This document shows positions 55,561-64,000 of a stretch of 64,000 nt of DNA, piece by piece (position 1 is the stretch's first letter; every line of letters starts with the position of its first letter). The notes beneath the pieces are model-generated. The model was not told where the DNA came from. It did no database searches and saw nothing but the letters and a program-made list of their open reading frames with translations. Source of the stretch: the human T2T-CHM13v2.0 reference genome, Homo sapiens; assembly GCF_009914755.1 (NCBI RefSeq), contig NC_060937.1; one strand, written 5' to 3'. The position numbers and the translations under genes are program-made.

Positions 55561-56870
55561 TCACCAAGTTATTTTATGATATCAAAATACTTATTCTAAA
55601 GTTTTTATAGAGAGGCAAAAATCCAGGAGAGTCAACACAATATTGAAGAAGAAGAGAAGAACAAATTGTAATACTGACATTATCCAACATCAAGTCATGT
55701 TATAAAGCTACAATAATCAAGACAGTGATTTATTGGCAAAAGAGTGGACATAGGGATCAAAGGAACAGAATAGAGACCCCAGAAATAGCTTCATATAAAT
55801 ATACTCTAAATAGATAATGGAATTAAATGTAAAAGGCAAAACTATAAAACTCCTAAAAATACCATTGGAGAAAAAAAGTCTAAATTACTTGGGGCTTGGC
55901 AATGACTTTTTACATGTCACACAAAAGGCACCATCCATGAAAAAGTGACGGTTGGAATTCATTAAAATTAAAAATTTCTGCTCTGTGAATTACACTGTCA
56001 AAACAATGAATAGACAAGACACAGATTGAAAGAAAATATTTGCAAAAGACATAGCTGATAAATGACTGTCATATAAAATATACAAAGAACTTTTAAAACT
56101 CAACAATAAGAACACAAATAACTTGAGTAAATGATGAGCTACAGACCTTAGCAGATGCCTAAATAAAGAAGATATATGAAACGATGCTCCACATTATGTC
56201 GTCAGGAAAATGCAAATTAAAACAGCAATGAGATATCACTATACACATATTAGTATAACTAAAATTCAAAACACTGATAGCATTAAATGCTAGCAAGTTT
56301 GTAAGGCAATTAGAATGCAAAATTATACGGCCACTTGAAAGAAAACTTGGTGCTTGGTGCTTTGTTGCAAAACTAAACATGTTTTTTCCACAGGACCCAG
56401 TAACCATGCTCCTTTGATCTCAAAAGATCTGAAAATGTCTGTTACACAAAAACCAGAACAAGGCTGTTTATAGCAGCTTAATTCATAATTACCTCAAATT
56501 GAATAAATGTCCTTTTGTAGGGGAATGTATAAATAAACTGTGGTACATCCAGATAACAAAATATTATTCAGTGTTAAAAAGAAATGTGTCATCCAGCCAC
56601 AAAAAGACACAGAGGAAAGTTACTAAGTGAAAGAAGCCAATCTGAAAAAGCTCTGCATACTGTGTGATTCCAACTACATGACATTCTGGAAAAGGCTAAG
56701 TTACAGAGACAGTAAAAAGATTGCTAGGGATTTGGAGGTACAAAGGGATGAATAGGCAGAACACAGAGAAATTTTAGGGCACCGAATATACTCTGTGTGT
56801 TATTATAATGGGGGATATATGCAATCATACATTTGTTCCAACTTATAGAATCTATAACCAAGAGTAAACA
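55560..56870 (+). mobile_element. L1MC/MD ORF2 end plus 3' UTR
   Basis: ataaagctacaataatcaagacagtg, ctaagtgaaagaagccaatctgaaaa, tccaactacatgacattctggaaaaggc. Confidence 0.8.
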
Positions 56871-57059
56871 AGTCAGCTCAACAATTAGGGTTCTAAATAT
56901 TTCTCAGCTGGTGTAGCTTAGATTAAGTTTTCACACACAATCAATATTTGAGTCCTTTCCATTATTTTTAAATCATTTTATGTTATTCTTTTTGTAAAAT
57001 TGTAACATACTTTAAATATCATAGAAAAATACAAGAAAAAAACACAGCAATTCATGGGT

Positions 57060-57700
57060 TATAGTAAGCATTTCTAGTTTGGAGAGCTGGGGTGAAATAT
57101 TTGAGCATGTTTTGAAAAGGACTAGAAGCAATGTAGGAGTTCAGTTAGGAAGGTATTATACTGATTCAGGAAAGAGACAACTCAGAAAAGTGTTAAGATA
57201 TATACATATATATATATACACACACACGAAAAAATGATTATTAAAGTAATATTCATTAAATGACTTTGACAGTATTTTGTAATGAATTTATTATGAGGAA
57301 TCTGGTGCTATGTTTACCTAAGATGGAAAACCTAGAAAAGCACTTGATTTTAAGTGACTTGTTAGACCCTGATTTTATAATGAACATGCTAAAATTGATA
57401 TTTGGTTGGAATTCCACCTAATGTTCTCAAATAGGTAGACAGAAATATAAGTTTGTGTTTAAGAGGAGAGAGCTGCTGTGCAGATCCAAATTTGTTAGAT
57501 AGCATAACAGTTTGAAGTCTGGTTTCACCTCTTACTACATATATGTAAAACCTTGTGAAAATGACTCTATTTGAGTCTAAATTTTCACTTTACAATAATA
57601 GACAATAAATGATAACTACTTCAAATGTTTGTCATAAAGAATAAATATTTACCATGTAGACCAGGAACTTATTTAGAATTAAAGGGCAATAAATATTAGT
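57060..57700. mobile_element. L2 and MIR fragments
   Basis: cagttaggaaggtattatactgattcaggaaagaga (L2); gagtctaaattttcactttacaataatagacaataa (MIR). Confidence 0.5.
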
Positions 57701-58669
57701 TCTTTATGTCATGCTGATAATGATGTTGATAATTATAATGTACTACACATTTCACTTTTACTAAGAATGAAAAATTTACATCAAAATAGCAGTAAAGTTC
57801 CCATGAAAGGAACAAAACCTTGTAATATTGATATTTTCTAATTATATCAATAATGTTGGCATTATATCAATCATATATGAATCTATAGCTACCCTATTGC
57901 TTGTAAAGCATTTCTGGATCACCAGGGAGGCAATTTTAATGTTAAAAGTGTAGCTATTTGTAGTTATAAAATGCATTTTGCACATTACATTATTTTATTA
58001 TTCATTTCTCTCCCTTATTTTTTCTTCTCTTTTGTTGATATACAGGTTCTTTTTATTTAAATCTATTTTGTTCCTAATATGCATATATGCATATATATTT
58101 TAATATTATGAAAATATTTGGTATTAGTTTCTATTAATAGTAATTGTTTTCAAGCTAAAGATATTCCATTTTACTTATTTCTACACAAAAATTTCACCAG
58201 AAATAACTGTTGATATTAAATACGTAGATTTTATCTATTTAGATGATCATCTCCTTTAATTTCGTAATGCTTCAATTACATTGAATTTTTCTAGTGTTGA
58301 AAATTTATTATACTCATTCTTCATTCTACTGAGGCCTGAGGTATCACTCATTCAGTGTGTTATTGAACTAAGTTGTTCAAATTTGTGTCTTCTTATTTTT
58401 GCATACATTTTTATGACATAATATTTTCTTTGTATAAATTTTGTTTAGATCTGGTGCCAATGTTATGTTTGACTTTTTCCATCATTTAACATTTGTTTTG
58501 AGAAAGGCTTGTTTGATAATCTAGCTTTACTTTGTAAATATATTTTCTTAGAAAATACATTTTGTGCAGAATATAACCTTTCTGGTAACACATGTCATAA
58601 TATTCTCACATATTTTTAAAACATATTTTTGCATCTGTGATTATATTCATCTTCTCATTCCTTATGGAA

Positions 58670-58952
58670 TTCTCCACCTCCTCCTCAATCTCTTCTTTTC
58701 CTCTTCCTCCTCTTCTGATTCGCCTCTTCTTCTAACTTTTCCTTTTCCTGTTCCTCCCCTGCTCCTCTCTTCCACTTTTTCCTTCACTCTCCTTTCCCCC
58801 TTCACTCTCCTTTCCCCCTTCTCTTCCTTCTACTTCAACTCCTCCTCCTTGTTCTCTCCTTTTTCCTCATCTCTTTTTCTTGTTTTCTACCACTTAATCT
58901 TCTAACTTATCCTCTTTCTCCTCCTTCTCTGATTGCTTCTCTTCCTCCTCCT
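58670..58952 (+). repeat. CT-rich low-complexity (polypyrimidine) tract
   Basis: ~280 bp almost all C/T, including a duplicated ccttcactctcctttcccc. Confidence 0.9.
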
Positions 58953-60169
58953 TAAATAAATAACTTCCCTTCATGTTTTAGGAAAATTTGCTGTCCTTGC
59001 TGTGTCACCTCCTTCCACTCAGAGCCAATACCTAGTACTTTTTCTCAGATATTTTATCAAAACTTCTACTTTGCAGGTCAGTATTCTTGTTTTTCATTTG
59101 GACGGCAAGTGTTGAAGTTTATTGTTTTTAAAAAAATAGGCTTATGGTAGGTATTTTCCACTTAGGGCTTTACCCATGACTCCTTTAGTTCCCAGCATCT
59201 ACTGTTGTTTTATTGAAGGGAATATCATGTTGGAAAGCACCGTGTTTTTTTTTTTTTAATATTATATTTGGCTATAGAGTAGCCCATTCATTTGTTATTG
59301 GGGTTTGATGGTAGTCTCTCTTCTTCCACCTTTTTATTTAGTTTTCTGGAGATTTCTTACCGTGCTGTCTGATAGTAGACTTCAGCCTAAATTTCAAGAG
59401 TTGAAGTACATTTTTACTATGCATCATTGTATCTATTTCCTATATTATTATAATTTGTTTTGTTTGTGTCTTCCATATTGAACCAGAATTTATAAGTACT
59501 TTTGCAAAATGCTGAAAATGTTAAAGTTATTCATGGATATTAAACATGTTATATTTAGTTAATACCTAATCAATACATATTCTCGCTCTGTCACTATTTT
59601 ACTCTAATTTTAAATTTACATAATATAATTGACTCTTTCTCCAAAAACAATTTTTACTGTATTTAATAAGGTGTTTTACAAAATTCAAATATATAAAAGG
59701 ATAAATGATGTGAGTCAATTTTCAGTAAATTCTAAAGATATAGATGTATCATGTTAGATAATTTGGAATTAAAATAACATCTAATTGATTTATTTATCTA
59801 TTTCACTTTGATTTGACAACAAATAACACATTTTAATAACTACTAAAATTAATAAATGATCTAACTATATTTGACTAATAAAAAGAGGTTGAAGGAATAT
59901 TTAAGCACATTTGGCAGCCCATTAAGGACTATTAAAATTAATCAAATAAGCTAGAGTGTTGGAATTTTATATATTCTCAAACAATAGAATTTTTACATTT
60001 AATTCTCTAAAAATTTAGGGAAGCTCTATATGTAAGTAAATAATTACTAGCAAAGATTAAATTCTTGCCCTGTGATTTGGGATATATTCAATTACATAAG
60101 ATCAATAAGTACCGTAGAATATTTAAGCCAAAGGAAATAGAACATTTAAGTGTAAAATAATAAAATTTT

Positions 60170-60340
60170 ACAGTCCATGTCCACGTGTACACATTATTTA
60201 ACTCCCATTTAAAAGTGAGAACAAGCAATACTTGTTTTTCTGTGTCTCAGTTGTTTTCCTTAACAGTTCCATCCATGCTGCTGCAAAGACATGATTTCAT
60301 TCTTTTTTTAATGCCTGAATAGTATTCCATTGTATGTATG
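60170..60340 (-). mobile_element. L1PB/MA 3' UTR fragment
   Basis: cagttccatccatgctgctgcaaagacatgatttcattcttttttta. Confidence 0.8.
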
Positions 60341-60341
60341 T

Positions 60342-60645
60342 TATATTAGCCTGTTCTCATGCCGTGAATAAAGACATGCTCGCCACTGGGTAGTTTTTAT
60401 AGGAAAAAGATTTAATTGACTCACAGTTCCACGTGGCTGGAGAGGCCTCACAGTCATGACGGAAGGCAAAAGAGTAGTAAGTCACATCTTACATGGCAGC
60501 AGGCAAGAGAGCATGTGCAGGGGAACTCCCCTTATAAAACAATCAGCTCTCATGAGATTTATTCACCATCATGAAAACAGCATGGGAAAGACCCACCCGA
60601 ATGATTCAATTACCTCCCACCAGGTCCTTTCAATGACACGTGAGA
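60342..60645 (-). mobile_element. THE1C-like LTR, 5'-truncated
   Basis: tttaattgactcacagttccacgtggctggagaggcctcaca...gattcaattacctcccaccaggtcc. Confidence 0.88.
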
Positions 60646-61616
60646 CTGAGGGTTTTCTCAGGTACTCAATGGCCAATTCAGAGTGTCTCTGAGAAAATCT
60701 TCTTCATCCAATAATTTTTTCCAAAGGATAATCTGCATTTGCCTTGCATAAATATATTCCTTTAATGTGATTCTATTAACTTTAATGCTTTTTCAGTTTA
60801 CATTTTTCCTAATAAATATAAAGGTCAATTGTGAATATGGTATATCAGTCTGTTTTATGTTTTTTTCCATATAAAATGCAGTAACATTTGGTAAATAACC
60901 TGTCATTTCCAATAGCTTTTCCCTAAATCCTTTATCACTTATCAATTTATCAGAGAAATATGGGATCATTTTAAGCATTCTGAATCTATTTCTAAATCAG
61001 TTCCATGCTATTCTATCTTATGATATTCTAATATTTTAAAATATCTGCTAGGCTCAGTTGCCTCTCTGTACATTTCTGTTTCACAGTATAATTTGCTTGC
61101 ATATATATACTGTCATGTAAATCACAGAATGAATTTATAGGTTTCCTTAAAAATAAAACCAAAAAGTGAATATTTTGATTAGGATTTATTGAATTGATAG
61201 ACGTTGGGTGTGGATTTAAGTATTTTATATTTTCCCATTGACAAAGTTTGTAGATTTCCTTATTTATTCAAATATTGATTTATGTCATAACCTGCATTCT
61301 ATAATTTTACTTAAATATTATATGAATTATTTTAGTCTGATTACTATGTATTCTATAAACAATTTCTTTGAATAGTATTTTCTATAGTTTACTATTAAAT
61401 TTCCTGTTAATTGTTAACATTTTATATCTGCCGATCACATTAAATTCTACTAATTCTGAAAATGAGTTTATTTCTTTATGGCATTTCTATGTTCGTGGTC
61501 CTGTTATCTGCAGATATTGGTATTTTGATTCCTTGTCTTCTAATTCCTCCATCATTTATTTAACTTATAGTTTTATCTGGGTCATTTAGGCATATGTTTT
61601 TTTCAAGCTTACTCTC

Positions 61617-62319
<703 letters not shown>

Positions 62320-62643
62320 TTTCTTACAATAAGTTTTCACAGAGAAAAATTATCCAGCATTCTGTCTAGAAAAATAAACACACAACAGACAAACGCACAC
62401 ATGAACGAACAGCTGGGATTATCAATTTTCAGCATATGTGATTGCAGATAATTCCTCTATTCTCAGTGAGGACATCTGTTACATCACTATTTAAACTATT
62501 ATTGCTATTTTAATCTTTGGTCTACCCACCATTTCCTCTTCAGAGGTATTGGTTATCATCTAATTTCTGAGACATTTTGAAGTTCTTTCAGGTAGATCAT
62601 TTACTTCTTGGCTTCCTTCACTGACAGTTAGGATTTTAGGTTT

Positions 62644-62970
<327 letters not shown>

Positions 62971-63815
62971 TTAGACATTTGCTACTTGCCTTTCTGCTTA
63001 TAACTTCAAAACATATTTACTATTTTCTTCTATTCCATTGTTTTTTACCTTGAAAGTGAAAACGAAAAAGAAACTTTATTGCCATTTAATCATTCATAAT
63101 ATAACAAAGGTAACTTCTTTTCCATTTACTGTTTATAATAAAAATTACTAGATCTCTTGGGCTTTTTTCCTACATGATTCTGCCATTAATTAAGCAGACA
63201 AATGATAACAGAGATTCCACATATCACCTATGGAAATTATGGTGCAGCCCTCGAAGTGGAGATTGCATACAATTACAGAACAGTTCTTTTAAGTTTATAA
63301 GCAAATTAAAGCTAAGGGTCAATAATACTATTTACTGTTGGAGTATCAAAGCTCTATACTCCTAGCTTAGTGTTATTAAGAGGATCTCAGAATATTCCCT
63401 CAAATTCTGACTAAAATAAAATACTCTAAAATTATTAGTTTTATAAAACATTGTTGGACCCTAAAATTATTATTTTTAGAAAACATTTTTAGAAGTGGAT
63501 AAATAATAACCCTATTAATTACAAAAACACATTTGACTCTTCGTATTAGTGGATACAAAAAATGTGATTTCTAATTCAATGTTTATTTTTGAAACTTTAT
63601 TATAATACTTTTAGGTATAAAAGTAATGTATGTTCACTTGAACAAATTAACAAAAGTAAAAATATATAATATGAATAAACAATAAATTCCCTTCACATGT
63701 CACCTTCCCTTGACTAGCTAGTGTTTACGACATGTTGTGCATTTTTCACAGCCTTTTTTGTGACATCTAAACATATGGAAATGTGTACTATGAGCAAATA
63801 TAAAAACAGATACGA

Positions 63816-64000
63816 GGCCCCGCGCGGTGTCTCATGCCTGTAATCCCAGCACTTTGGGTGGTGAATCATTTGAGGTCAGGAGTTTGAGACCAGGCTGGCC
63901 GACATGGTGAAACCCTGTCTCTACTAAAAACACACAAAAATGAGCTGGATATGGTGGTACGCGCCTTAATCCTAGGTACTTGGGAGGCTGAAGCATAAGA
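63816..64000 (+). mobile_element. AluS, cut by the window edge
   Basis: ggccccgcgcggtgtctcatgcctgtaatcccagcactttggg. Confidence 0.9.

Noticed and set aside
58564-58905. 113-aa Ser/Phe/Leu-rich ORF as a membrane protein
   Set aside because: Translation of a CT low-complexity tract

Overview
This is AT-rich primate (most likely human) non-coding genomic DNA made up mostly of interspersed repeats. It holds about 20 Alu/FLAM copies, many with intact target-site duplications (TSDs), and old L1M/L1P, L2 and MIR fragments. DNA transposons include MER2, MER3/33, MER81, MER5A and an hAT-Tip100-like copy. LTR elements are dense: LTR1, MER52A, MER50, LTR8, MER57, MER4-group, several THE1 and MLT1 copies, and a decayed ~4 kb ERVL gag-pol. 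I can support no protein-coding gene, structural RNA gene or CRISPR array; the supplied ORFs are repeat-derived or random. I see no convincing new biological system. The best leads are (1) a CpG-retaining LTR1 with GC box and TATA box (possible exapted promoter), (2) exon-like segments in unique sequence on the same strand (possible lncRNA or decayed gene), and (3) fossils of template-switch repair: an 87-bp local copy of a neighbouring Alu, an inversion-plus-deletion inside a THE1 provirus, and two inverted AluJs fused at a microhomology. Repeat subfamily names come from recalled consensus sequences, not from a RepeatMasker run. Boundaries of old elements are approximate.
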